From Octopus bimaculoides (taxonomy: Eukaryota), in contig NC_069000.1 in assembly GCF_001194135.2 (NCBI RefSeq), positions 40,814,950-40,870,426 of the forward strand: a stretch of 55,477 bases of DNA, read 5' to 3'. Positions within the stretch are counted from its first letter, which is position 1. Each line of letters begins with the position of its first letter. The position numbers and the translations under genes were made by a program. Shown one piece after another: positions 37,160-50,100 of the stretch. The notes below the pieces were generated by a model that was not told where the DNA came from, did no database searches, and saw only the letters and a program-made list of their open reading frames with translations.

Positions 37160-37541
37160 TATTATATTTGACGGCTATTTATCCTCATCTTGTTTGTTGT
37201 TTACACAACATTTCAACTCATGTACTCTCCAGCCTTCATCAGGTGTCTTGGGGAAATTTCGAACCTGGGTTCTCGTTCCTAAGGTATTTTTTAATGTAAT
37301 TATTATTATTATTCAGGTCACTGCCTGGAATCGAACTCGGAATCTTGGGGTTAGTAACCCGCGCTCTAAACCACTACACTATATTCCAGGCAGTGGTTAA
37401 GAGTTCAATTCCCCAAGACACCTGATGAAGGCGGGAAAGTATATCAGCCAAAACATTGTGTTAACAACAAACAAGATGAGGACAAATATCCATCAAATGT
37501 AAATAAAGTACATAATTCCTCATCTCTCAAATATAGAACTG
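37160..37541. mobile_element. Second, older copy of the tRNA-head/hammerhead inverted element (opposite orientation)
   Basis: tRNA-like head on minus at 37314-37383. Decayed hammerheads at 37202-37247 (-) and 37417-37462 (+; GAAA>AAAA, CG>CA). The inverted arm ends aaatatagaactg as in copy 1. Confidence 0.75.
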
Positions 37542-38263
37542 TAAAAAGTTTGCCTCAATGAATTGTGTCTGATTGATGCAAATATGGAAAAGTATATGTT
37601 CAAATGATGATGATGAATGTACAATTTGTTATATGTGTAAACCAAGAAATCATGGAATTCTTTTCTACTCAAGGCACCAAGCCTGAAATTTTGGATGAGG
37701 GGCCAGTCGATTAGATCTATATGTATATATATATATAAGTATATATATACATATAGATATAAATAAGTATATATATATGTATGTATCAAGCAAAAATGCT
37801 AGTGCTAAAATCTCTCGAAGAGATCAATGCAATGGTTGTACTGACAAGTAATATTTGTAGCCACTTCAACATGGCTGTCTATTCGAGTGGACTCCACTGC
37901 GATTTTTTGACTCCAAGAGGACATCTCCTTTAGCTGGTTAATGATGCACAGCTGCATCTGATAAAATTGTGAGCAGGGGAGTGAACCCCTACCATCTCCT
38001 CTTTCCTCACAGTAGAGTCCGCTTGAATGGACAGCCGCGTTAAAAATGGCTACAACTCTTCGAAACGCTGGTGTTTTAATGGTGGCAGCTGATGAAGGAT
38101 ATGTTCTCTATGTGGCCTGCTTGTTTGTTGTACCTTGTTTATCATTTTGTCCATGTTCTTTTGCAACGTCATGTGCCCAGATATGTATCTATATGTACAT
38201 GTAGATGAAGGTATGTACATACATATGCATATACTCATATTGTTTATATATATATATATATAT

Positions 38264-38548
38264 ATGTGGTCCGATCAATAAGTATCCGGACTGTTGCCAT
38301 AGTAACAAAGCTAAAGCATGCAGAGTGAAGCCACGTGGCACAGACTGACATTGAACTCTGCTGTGCATGTGCACTAAGTTTAAACATTCTAGCTCACTTT
38401 CACTGTTTGCAGCAGTGCTGGGAAGGAACGTATGTAGTGTGTGATCATTGCATTGACCATGACAGTGAAAGTTGAGCAGAGAATCTGCATCAAATTCTGG
38501 CAAAATTTTGGTGATACCTGTGCAAAGTTGCAAAAAGTGTATGGATAG
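38264..38548 (+). mobile_element. 5' fragment of a mariner transposon
   Basis: TIR-like atgtggtccgatcaataagtatccggact, then ATG at 38459 giving MTVKVEQRICIKFWQNFGDTCAKLQKVYG*, the mariner N-terminal EQRxCIKF helix-turn-helix start. Confidence 0.7.
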
Positions 38549-39529
38549 GAGTGTATGATGTGTGTGTGTGAGTGAGTGTGTATGTATGTATGCATACATG
38601 CATGCGTGTATGAATTACGTACGTATGTAGGAATGCATGTATCTATGCACACACATCCACACAGATATACAGTGTTTTTGTGTATCCTAACATAGATGTT
38701 CTTTGTTTCCATGAAAACATGTCCAGACATGGGGAAATACTTCTTTGCTTGAAAATAGGCAAGGACTGGCATCATTTTGTTGTAAAAACATCTGCTTCAA
38801 TGAATACTATCTAACCGATGCAAAAATGGACTGTAAAACGATGGGGATAATGATGAAATGAATTTTCCAATATAATCTTTTACATCAGCAATATGACATT
38901 CAGCATACAGAACCAATGACTTAAAATTAAGAGTGCAGTTTTTAATTAGGGTTGTAATTTGAGTTATGAGCACGATTTTTCAGTAGTCCTCTCATACTCT
39001 GTGGTGTCTCCTACAATGGAAGATAAGAAACAAGGAAGAAAGAAGAAAATAAATTATCTGAGTGTAAAAAAAAAGCAAATATTTCAAAAACATAATTTTT
39101 TTGTTAAAAAAAAAAGTGTTTATTTAAATTAAATTTTTTGAATCCTCTGAAGCACACATATTTACAATTGTCCCTTATTAGATTAGGGAGAGCAAGAATA
39201 TTATAAATAAACATTTATTCAAAATTATTGGATTCTCCTGAAAGACTTTTGGCGTCACCCTACAAAGAAAAATCCAAAAGTAAATACATTCACTAATTCC
39301 ATGACTTTTAAATATATGTATATACACATATACATGTTTATGTATGTATATATACATACACACATATATGTATATATATATATATATACACATGAGCATG
39401 TATTTATGTATGTGTGTGTGCGCATGTGTGTATGTATAATTATATTGATGTATGTATCTATGTATGTGTATATACATACATGTATATGTATATATATATC
39501 TATATATATATATATTTATGTATGTATAT

Positions 39530-39560
<31 letters not shown>

Positions 39561-39567
39561 TGTATGT

Positions 39568-39627
<60 letters not shown>

Positions 39628-40937
39628 ATATAGAGGATCATCTGTGCCAGGCTACTTGAACAAATTCTCTGGAATCTCAACATTCAACATACTTTATCAA
39701 TTTGCACTCTTGCACTCCAGTTACCATCAAAGATCTCAGGGCATATAAAACCAGGTAGGATAAAAAAACTAACTGCAACAAAATCCATTGACTATAGCCT
39801 CACATAATCACAAGCACCCATATGTTTGTCCCTCTTCTAGTTACATATTCAGGATGATTAAAATTCAGTATTGCAAGATAAAATGGTTGTTAGAGAGTAT
39901 GATGCTTGCAAAATTAGTATATATTTCCCCCAAAATTATTGAGGCAAGCATGGCCACATGTTTCACTTCACAATTGCATCGTTATATGTTCAATTCTACT
40001 GTATAGTTCTTCTAGCAAAAGACATGTATATCTGCTTTATGGTAGATTTTAGAGAAGTATACCTGTTCTTGAGAGGTAGGCATAGTTTGTCAGCAAGTCT
40101 AACACCACCACCACCAGACACTATGTGTCCAGTCTGTTGCAAGCATTTGAATCAGTTCTCTGATTTCAATCATCTTTCTCACACCAGTCTTTTTACTTAA
40201 CTAAGCCACAGAGAATTTAATAATAACAAAATACTACCTATGATGATGATGATGATTATAGTGAAGTAGACTAGGCTATCAATACTGAAATGATTATGCG
40301 AGCAACACAGCATACAACCAGGTGAGACACTTTGTAGAAGTGGTTTTTACCTACCCTCCTACTGTAAACAAAACAATTTGCAAATTTTTATCTATTTTAG
40401 CAGGTTAAACCCAAATAGAATTTTTTCTGTACCAAACATTGAATTTTAATTACTGGTCTCAATTTTATATTTCATGGTACATTTTAAATTAAAAATTTGT
40501 TTTATTTTCTTTCTTTCTCAAATTTTGAAGTAAAATTATTTAGCATTTTCACCAAATTACCTATGTCCCCACTTCCCCGTGAGTATTTCACTGAATAAAA
40601 TACAGGTTTCGTTAACAATGCATCCAAACAACAGAACTATGGTAGACAATTAGTTGCCACTTGAAAATTGTCCCATGTATGCAGAATTCTGCCACATCGA
40701 GTTTTCCATTCTAGCATGGTTTGGACGAATAGATTATTGAGGTATTGTTTTATAGCCAGATGCCCTTCCTGATGCTTGCCTTTGCCTGTTTTTAAATAAG
40801 GAATGTCTTATTCCACAGACTTAGAAGGCAGAAAGCGAGCAGGCAATCTACTGATAAAAGAAATGCTGTCAGAACATTGCATGAACAACTTAACTTTTGA
40901 ATAAGCAAGCAGATGTAAACAGACACACACACACATA

Positions 40938-40969
<32 letters not shown>

Positions 40970-41130
40970 ATGCCTCCTTTTTCAGTTACTGTCTATTAAA
41001 TAATTTCACAAGGGTATAGTTGGCCCAGGGCTATAATAGAAGACACTTGCCCAAGGTACCAAACAGTGGGACTGAACCTGAAATCATGCAGTTGGGAAAC
41101 GAACTTCTTAATCACACAGCCATGCTTGCA
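40970..41130 (-). mobile_element. CORE-like SINE family C head, diverged
   Basis: gctataatagaagacacttgcccaaggtaccaaacagtgggactgaacc. Confidence 0.7.
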
Positions 41131-41632
41131 ATCAAAGATGGGTTTGCCAGCTAACCCATTTATACAATATTTATAGAGCTATGTGTATTAATTGTAGAGG
41201 TACATATATTTACTTTATTATGTGCGACCCATATGAGAACAGCGAGTCGAGATAGCTCAGCTGACATGCTACCAGATTGCATAATACTGCCAAATACACA
41301 TAATCATCAAGAAATTAGGAAAAAATCATGAAAACACAAAGCTCAATTAAATCTGAATTGAAGCAGCATCACATAGACCCATCACCCTCATATGCACTCC
41401 TCAAACATTAACCCCACCTCACCATTTTTGACATTACTAACCCACATATTGCTCCCCACAAATCATGTGGATTCAGGCCACTATATAAAAGCACCACATG
41501 AATCAGGAATCTGATACAGAAGATATGTGACTGTTTCAACAATAAAATATGTATCATTTTATCCATCATCAATAGCAATAAAGTTTCAATTTCATTCCAT
41601 ACTTATATGCAAAACACTCAACACATCCTTAA

Positions 41633-41853
41633 CCCTTTCGTTACCATATTTATTTCGAGATGCTCTGTGTTTGTTTCAATTATTTTAGATATAACAAAGA
41701 ATTTAATAAAATAACTTAGTTATCATTCAGCTGGTACTTTGAACATAAATTGTGACTAAGTTTTAGTGGATGATTTTAATTCAAAATTTATGAAAACAAA
41801 ACATTTGCACTACAGAGCCAGAGCTGGTTTCAGCCAGGTTGCTATCGAAAGGG
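41633..41853. mobile_element. piggyBac-like MITE with TTAA target-site duplication
   Basis: TTAA|CCCTTTCG(T)TA ... TATCGAAAGGG|TTAA; TSDs at 41629-41632 and 41854-41857. Confidence 0.85.
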
Positions 41854-42645
41854 TTAACAAATAACACAAAACTCTGCCTACTAAACCACCTATCAGTCTA
41901 AGTTTATCTAGTGGACAAAAGTTGACCAAACCACACTCAAAGCTGCTTAACTGGCCCTAAGTCCAGCAATAGTTGCATAAAAGAAATGCTTGAATTGGCA
42001 CATCAAATGCAATGCCTTTCCTAACTGCAGTTTTGAATGGCTTCTAGGACCACTATCTAATCTAGCCTTTTCTGTCACTATACTCTAGTTAAACAATAGC
42101 AACTCTTCTCTAAACTCTCTCTGTCATTACTGATGATCACTCTCTGATGTGGTTACATAAGCTTTCCTTGTCAGGAAAGTATTCCAGCTTCACAGTAAAC
42201 TATGTCCCTGACTATGAGTCTTATTTGTCTCGACCCAGGATTTAATTTTTAACACTGGTGAGATTATGACAAGTGGAACAGACAAATATGTTAAACATTG
42301 AATTTGAACTTCCAAAGGTTGATGTGGTGGCAGCATAAATGGAGAGCAGAGCAAAGGAGTTCTAAAAAGAGGCAAATATGTCGAAAATCAATAGAAAAAT
42401 ATATTTTTGCTTTTGTGTGTGTGTAGGCATAGCAATGTGGTAAAGAAGTTCACTTCATAACCATATGCTAGCTCCGGATGTAATCCTGCTGCATGGCACC
42501 ACAGTTAAGTGCCTTTCTTCTGCCACATCCATGGGTTGACTAGCTAAAGCTTTGTTATTGATATTAGAAGATGAAAACTGGAAGCTTCTAACATATACAC
42601 ACGCACATAAGAACGTATATTCCTGTGCATGTGTGTATATATATA

Positions 42646-42861
42646 TCATCACTGTTTAACGTCCGTTTTCCATGCTAGCATGGGTTGGACAATTTGACAG
42701 AGGACTGGCAAGCCAGAAGGCTGCACCAGCCTCCAATCTGATCTGGTAGAGTTTCTACAGCAAGATCAGATTGGAGCCTGGTGCAGCCTTCTGGTTTGCC
42801 AGTCCTCTGTCAAATCATCCAATCCATGCTAGCATGGAAAGCGGACGTTAAACGGTGATGA
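42646..42861. repeat. Fold-back inverted duplication of repeat family A
   Basis: Arms 42646-42744 and 42763-42861, about 6-7 mismatches by eye, 18-nt loop. Confidence 0.9.
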
Positions 42862-43378
42862 TGATGATGATGATATATATATATATATATATATATATAC
42901 ATTTATGCACGTGTGTATGTTGTGTGCACACATGCACATGCATATAAATGTTAGAGAAACAGATCAGTGAGGAAGGAATGATAAATCGGTGCTTCAAACC
43001 GATCTATGTCTTCTGTACGAGATGCACAGACATTCTCTTCATATTCATACCATCATCAATGCATTGAACCAATGATTGTCCTATTGGAAACCTGTAACCA
43101 ACAATGCCATTTTTTTTTTTTTAATAGCTTAGTCAGAGAAAGAAAGATAGCACCACTGACCCTTTTCAAGGACTTTGTGACTGGAAAGAAGAACTTATCC
43201 TTAAACCAGATACCTGGCTTGATTGCTTGCAACAACACGAATTTTGTTAAAAGCTCCTCCCACCCCTACATAGTGCTGTTAAACCAGGCAGTGGATTAAG
43301 TCTACCCTTCAGATTGTTCACAGATGTAATATAATATATACATACATATATTTTCATACACATACACATACATATATG

Positions 43379-43429
<51 letters not shown>

Positions 43430-43434
<5 letters not shown>

Positions 43435-43505
43435 CGCCTCCTGGTCCACCAGTCCTCAGTCAAATCGTCAAAACCATGCTAGCATGGAAAGCAGACGTTA
43501 AACGA

Positions 43506-43510
<5 letters not shown>
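43430..43510 (+). mobile_element. Repeat family A 3' fragment
   Basis: ccagtcctcagtcaaatcgtc...gcatggaaagcagacgttaaacgacga. Confidence 0.75.
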
Positions 43511-43541
<31 letters not shown>

Positions 43542-44011
43542 CATGCACACACATATAAACATAGATATTTTTGTACCCACAAACTAACAACCATAATATC
43601 TTTGTACACTTACATTTCGGGAAATGTCTGAAGAGAGGGACTTAATTCTGTTGGTAGCTGAATAGATGCACATATGCGCAAACATATATGCAAATCATGC
43701 GTACATGCCATCAGAAAGGCAATATAAATATATTCTTTCGTTCCTGTTCACTTCTATTGACTTAGTTGTAAGCAACATACAAAACGACCCTGCAAATCTC
43801 TCCTCAGTTATTTTGTAACTGACTTCCAAATGAACCATGGCACTAACACTTAGTAGTAAAAGACGCAAACTGTTTACCTTCAACAATTCAAAGAGAACAC
43901 CAATATACAAAACTTTCTTATTGTATTTAGAACCACATTGTTTAAATGACATCAACCATCCAGGTGATCATACCACTGGACTTGCATGTTAAAAATGTTA
44001 TTTTTTTTTTG

Positions 44012-44048
44012 TTTATTTACCGTGAGACTTTCACCCACAAAATTTATT
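44012..44048 (-). terminator. Candidate AATAAA polyadenylation signals of the giant ZNF gene
   Basis: TTTATT on + at 44012-44017 and 44043-44048, 140-170 nt past the stop. Confidence 0.4.
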
Positions 44049-44183
44049 TTAAAATCTATATCATATGCATGAAATAAAGATAAATAAATATATATATATA
44101 TATATATATACAAATAAATATATATATATATAATATATACATGTATGTATGTATGTATGTATGTGTGTATATCAACATAAAAA

Positions 44184-47100
44184 TCACAACTCATTACTTT
44201 TAGCAGCTTTACTGCTTTCGGTTGCCGCTATAGTTTTAAGATGTGCAGGAGTGAAACTGCATGTTTTTCTGTGTCTGTAAAGGGCACTAGTTTGTGTGAA
44301 TGCTCGCTGGCAGTAACGGCATTGGTAAGGTCGTTCTCCAGTGTGCGTGCGTCTATGGGTAACCAAATGTCCAAACCGCGAGAAGGCTTTATCACAGTAT
44401 TCACAAAAGTAACGACGACTTTCAGCTGAATGTGAAGAGTCTGACTGAGGCGAGAAAGTGTCATCTTGAACAACTTTGTTGCCTCTTTTATTAACAACCT
44501 TAGACTTTTTAGGGACACAATGTGCAGCTGCTGATGGAATAGACTTAAGGCTCTTACTTTCTTCTTGTGCAACATTACTCCCTAGCTGATCATGTGTTCC
44601 CTCTGTACTCTCTAGGCAATTTGTGAGAGCCATTTCCTCTTGCAAGTATCCACCATCTTGAACAATTTCTCCTTTTAGAGAATTTTTCATGCTTTCATTT
44701 GTGTGGTCAACACTTTCATCATTGGCTGAAGCTTTTGATTGTGAAATAGTAAGACTAAGAGGATTTGTTTCTGAATCTAAAGGATTAGGTTTAGAAGAAG
44801 GAAGAGGTTCAGTTTTAATGTAACAATCATCAGTTTCAGAATCCACTTGGGAAAGAAATAGATTTTCTGACAAGTGTGAGCACAATTCTTTTGAATTGTT
44901 TTTACATTCTTCACAGCGAGGAAATCCTTCAGACAGCTCATTAGCATTAGACTGGTTCTCCTCTTTGACCCTCTTCGGAGGTGACATTTCTGTAACTTCC
45001 CTACTGCAAGCTCTATTGTTTTGTTCTGAATCCGTGCAAGGTTTTGCACTAGGAGTTTTGGTCAATTGCTTTCTCTTGTAACTCCTTTGAGGAAAGCTTG
45101 TTGGGTTGTTAACAGAAGGTGCCGTATCCATTAAAAAACTTTTGTTTCTTTCCTTTAAACTATGGTGATCATCTAACAAAGAATTAATTGCTTGTCTTCT
45201 TGAAAGGCAATTCAAGTCACTATTAAGATCATAACTCGAGTGAAGCTTTCCTCGTTTCGACAGCTTTAGTTTTTTCATCAGTCTACTTCCAATCCCTGTA
45301 TGTAACCTTTTGCGGTTGATCTTATTGCTGATTGTTGTTGAAGTGTTGAGCGATGATGTTTTCTTATGCCTGCCTTCTTTCTCCTTTGTGAAAGCAGACA
45401 CTGTTCTACTTGTTTCTTCATCAAGTAAGTTGACAGTTTTTTTAGAGACATTAGTAAGATATTCTGGTTCTAAATCGGGATTTTCAGCTCTGTGCAACTT
45501 CTGTTTAGACACATTAGGAAAGACTGTTTCTGCTTTCGATGGCTTCTTATGTGTTTCTGAAATGCGATTTCCAACACAATCTTGCTTGTTACTTGGCACA
45601 CACTGGAAAAGAGAAGTTGTTGCATTGGCCTTGAGACTGTTCTGGTTTTGAGGAGTTTTTTCTGGATCTTTCACTATCCTATCTTCAGGAAGTACACTTG
45701 TATTATGAATCACTAGAAAGCAAGTCTTGCGGTGCCTGTTAAGGGCGCTGACTTGTGTGAATTGCTTACCACAACCAGAACATTTGAATGGACGTTCTCC
45801 AGTGTGGATCCTGAGATGCATTTTTAGGTGACTAGAACGAGTGAAACCCTTTCTACAATGAGTGCAGACAAACCGAGATAAGTTTTGCTTTAATGAACTA
45901 TTTGTAGTGGGATTAACAACTGCAGGGTTAGAGGATTTATCCAACTGGGTAACTTTGTTTCTAGTTTTGCCAGTAGCACACTCACTGTTTCTAGGAGTGG
46001 TCGTACTGCCTTGCTTAGATTTTAAAGATGTCTGTAAAGAACTATACTTGGACTTAGCATTAAATTTTTCTCCTGGATTTTGTTTTGATATTGACTTTTT
46101 TAGCATTGTTTGTTTTTCGAATCTTTGTGCCTTACTTAGAACTGGAACCAGGTTATTATTTGGAATTGTGATTTTTGGAGGTTGTTCAACAACTAAATTA
46201 GAAAATTTGTGTTCTCTCCTTGAATTAACTCCTGAATCTGGATCATTAGTTGAATTTATCGTAATTTCATTTGAGAATTGTTTCAATTTATCAATTGAAT
46301 ACTGCTTAGAACATTGATCACTTTCTGATGGATTTTCAAAGTTCAAAATGGATATTTCTGGTTGACTAGAATGTTCTCTTAATGATGGATTTTCTATCAT
46401 GAAAGGCTGATTATGTTGGTCTTCTGGTAAGGTGATACCAGAGAAAGGAGATGTTGAAGCATGATGTCTACGACTTTCAGCTTGAGCATAGAATTTTCGC
46501 GTGAAAGGAGACAATATACGGTCAGTCGAAAACCTGTATTTGTTGATGTTATTCAAAGCTTTTTTAATTACTCTACGTACATTCTGGTTGAGAGAATTTT
46601 TCGTAACCAACCCTAATTGGGAAGTATCAGGGTTAGAAGTCTTTCCATCCAGATTAAAGTTGGAAAATTTTCTTCGCTGAAACTGTAACGAGCGACTGTG
46701 ATCCTGCTTATTCTGCCGAGATTTGCTGTAGGGATGCAACTTGTTTGGAAGAGTTCCTCTCTTCATTAAAGGAAATCTTTTGACATTACCAGTTTTACTG
46801 GTAGAACCTGAGTCTGACATCTTCAACTGTATTTCAGGAGCAGAATATACAGTTCGACTGGAGCTAAGTGGTATTTGGAATACTTTAGATTTTTTTGAAG
46901 TTATGGACCCATCATTGTAATTGGGTACAATGTCCTGATTAGATACTAAGCTTGTCTGAGATTTTGCTAAGGAAGTAGATTTATGATTAGAGTTTATATG
47001 TATTAGTAAAGAAATTAAATCAGCAAAGACAGTCTGACACTGGAGACACTGTCTGGGGGAAACAGCTGGAGTTATGGCAGAGGTTTCTAATTCACTCAGT

Positions 47101-50100
47101 TTGAATTTCAAATGAGAAAGAAGCTGTTCAAAATCACTAAATGTCATATCACAGCAGTCACATATGTAAATGCCATGACCAACATAATGCGAATAGAACT
47201 CATCTCTTTTATCAAAGACAAAACCACAACATATGAATTGGTCTGATGTTTTATCCAAGTCAAGTGCTGCTGTCGTTTCAGGCCATTTATTCCCTGACAC
47301 TGACAGAGCTACTCGAGCAAAACTGCATGTCTTTCTGTGCCTGTTGAGAGCACTTGACTGGGTAAAGGCCTTCTGACAATGACTACATCGAAATGGTCGT
47401 TCTCCTGTGTGAGTACGATGGTGCATAATCAGATGACCGCTACGGGTGAAAGTCTTTTCACAATACTTACAAGCAAATCTTTTGAATAAAGGTGTGGATG
47501 AAATATTTGTAGATGAGTCCATGTTCCATTGGTTCCAGTTGTTGCTGGAATCCTCCCAGACAACATAATCATTCATAGCAGACATTTGCTTTTCAATTTC
47601 AAGTTTTCTACTTTTGTCCATAGAAACCAGAGCTTGAGAAGCAACAGAAGAATTTTTTAGATTAAATAATAAATCTGGTGAATTGGATTCCATAGCTTGA
47701 AGATGGCAAATACCATCAGAATTTGTTTTATTCAGACCTTTAGACTTCTTATTATATAAACTAGATTCTAAGAGAGATTCTTTGTTAGAGACTGGATCTT
47801 TAGATGAGACTTCAATGATAAAATTTTCCTCTTCATCATCTTTATCTTCTCTCTTGATTGTGGAAGAATTATCCAGAAATGTTGACTGATGTCTAATTTC
47901 AGAATTGTTCTCATCAAAACTGATCTGTTCAGAAACATTCCAATCTTTAAAAGATCGGTGGCTAGCTAGATGTAAGTTAAAACTATCATTGCCTACAAAC
48001 ATTTGACCACAACATGTAAATGTACAAGTATTTTCCTTTTTCACTAATGTAGGTGAGGTGATATCAGAGGAGTCAGTGTGGTTACTCTCTTTCATCAATG
48101 TAGCAGACATATCTTCACCAGGATTGACTAGATTCTCTTGATCATCAGAAAATATTTGTTGGTTGGCAATATTTTGCTGATTAATGTCTAATGAATGAGT
48201 CATTAAATGAGAAATTACATCACCCTTATCAGAAAATATCTCATCACAAAAGTGACAATTGTATGTAGCATCAACAATTTCTGTTTTAATTTGAATGTCT
48301 GGGCGGTATACTGTGCTTGAAGCACAACTTTCAAGGTTTCTATTGTTCTGACTGGTATTATTCCTAGAAGACAAATTAATCTCTTGTGTATAATTTTTGC
48401 TTCCAGAGTCCACTTGAGAGCAATTTATCTTAAAAGAACATACCTTCTGGTGTTTGATAAAGTCATCAAGTTTCAGGTACTCACAGCTACAGTATTCACA
48501 TTTTATGATACCTTCATTGCCTTCTTCACAAGGGATTTTATCAATGCTATTAAATCTCACCTCAGACATCTGGGTATAATCTCTATTTAATTGATAATCC
48601 TCTCCAGCTACATTTTGCTCAGACAATAAAGAACTTTTATTTTTATCCAAGTCTGAATCTATTTGGATTAGGTCTCCTTCGTCTTCTTTTGCTCGAGTCT
48701 GTATATTGTGAAGCATTAGTAACTTAATTCGGCAACATGTTTTCAGGTGCCTGTTGAGAGCGGAAGTCTGGGTAAATGCTTTCATACAGTACTGACATGA
48801 GTATGGCCTCTCTCCTGTATGGGTGCGAAGATGTTGCATTAAATGACCAGACCGTGAAAATCCACGATTACAATATTGACAGACATAGCGCCGAGTTTCA
48901 GACAGGTTCTCTTCATTTGAAGAGGCCTGATTAGGTTTGGAGATGATGTTATCTGAATTATGAAGCAGTGTTTTTCTGTCATTTTTACTTGATGTTCTTT
49001 GATAGTCTGATAATACAACATTTGAGATCGTTTGCATATTTTCGGAGTGTTGTACCTCTGAATGTATTACAGAACTGTCAATATCAGTAGAGTGATTGTC
49101 TTTTATATGGAAACTCTTCATATGCTCATTAAAATCATCTCCCATGAATGTTTGGTTGCAACAAACAAACATCTTACAACTGTTTGTAAGATTCATACCA
49201 TCTTTATTGAAACTAACTGTGCCCTCTTTATTAGTCTTTTTATCAGATGTAGATAGATCACCATTAACTTCTTTCAAATCAATCACTATTTGGTCTAAGT
49301 GCTGAGAGCTACCATCATTGCTGTTATCCTTACTATCACTGTTTGTTTCAGTCCCTGATTTCAATTTGATATTTTCCTGAGAAACTGACTGGTTAAGAAT
49401 TTTCTCTCCTGTTTTCTCATCAAGTAACGGTTTATTAGTAGTTATATTATTCAAAACTAAATGCTCATCCAGATTTACTTTGTTGTGGTACAGAGCAAAA
49501 GTGCTACTATTGTTGCTAGATTTGCCTACAGTCCTTGCTTTTGACAGCGACTCTTCTTTCAAAGGTTGAACATTAGAAGTATTTTGTGTCCTTTCTAAAC
49601 TATCACAAACTACTGATTGTTCAGGCACTTTATCCTGGCAACCATTTTCATTAATACCTTCACAGTCAGACCGGTTGTTTGCAACAGTCAGTGGAGTACA
49701 CAAAACGATGTCAGCAAAATGAGAGCTTTTACCTTTAGTACTGTCGTTGGAAATATTTTCAGCTGACAAATTCGCAAAGGTGGTAGAAGAACCACATAGT
49801 TTCAGATGTTGTTCAAACTTAGACGATGAATAATAGTTTTCCTTACAAAACCAACAAACATAATGCTTTTTACTTGTGTGGAGAAGGACATGCTCTTCTA
49901 GTAGCATCAATGAAGTAAATGATGCAGTACAATAAGAACAAGACAATTTCCTAGCTGAATCTTTATTGTTGGTTGTAATTTCCTGTTTAGATAAGTTATT
50001 TGACAGAGTGCTACACTGCCCATCAGTTTGATCAGAAATGTCAATATTTTCTGCTTTGGAAGAGTAAGAAAGCATATCACATGCAGAAGTGTTGCCTAAA

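Noticed and set aside
39958-40200. ORF with CPVCCKH...H resembling a zinc finger
   Set aside because: Cys-His spacing does not fit C2H2 (11 rather than 12 residues), and the motif is isolated with no linker or splice support.
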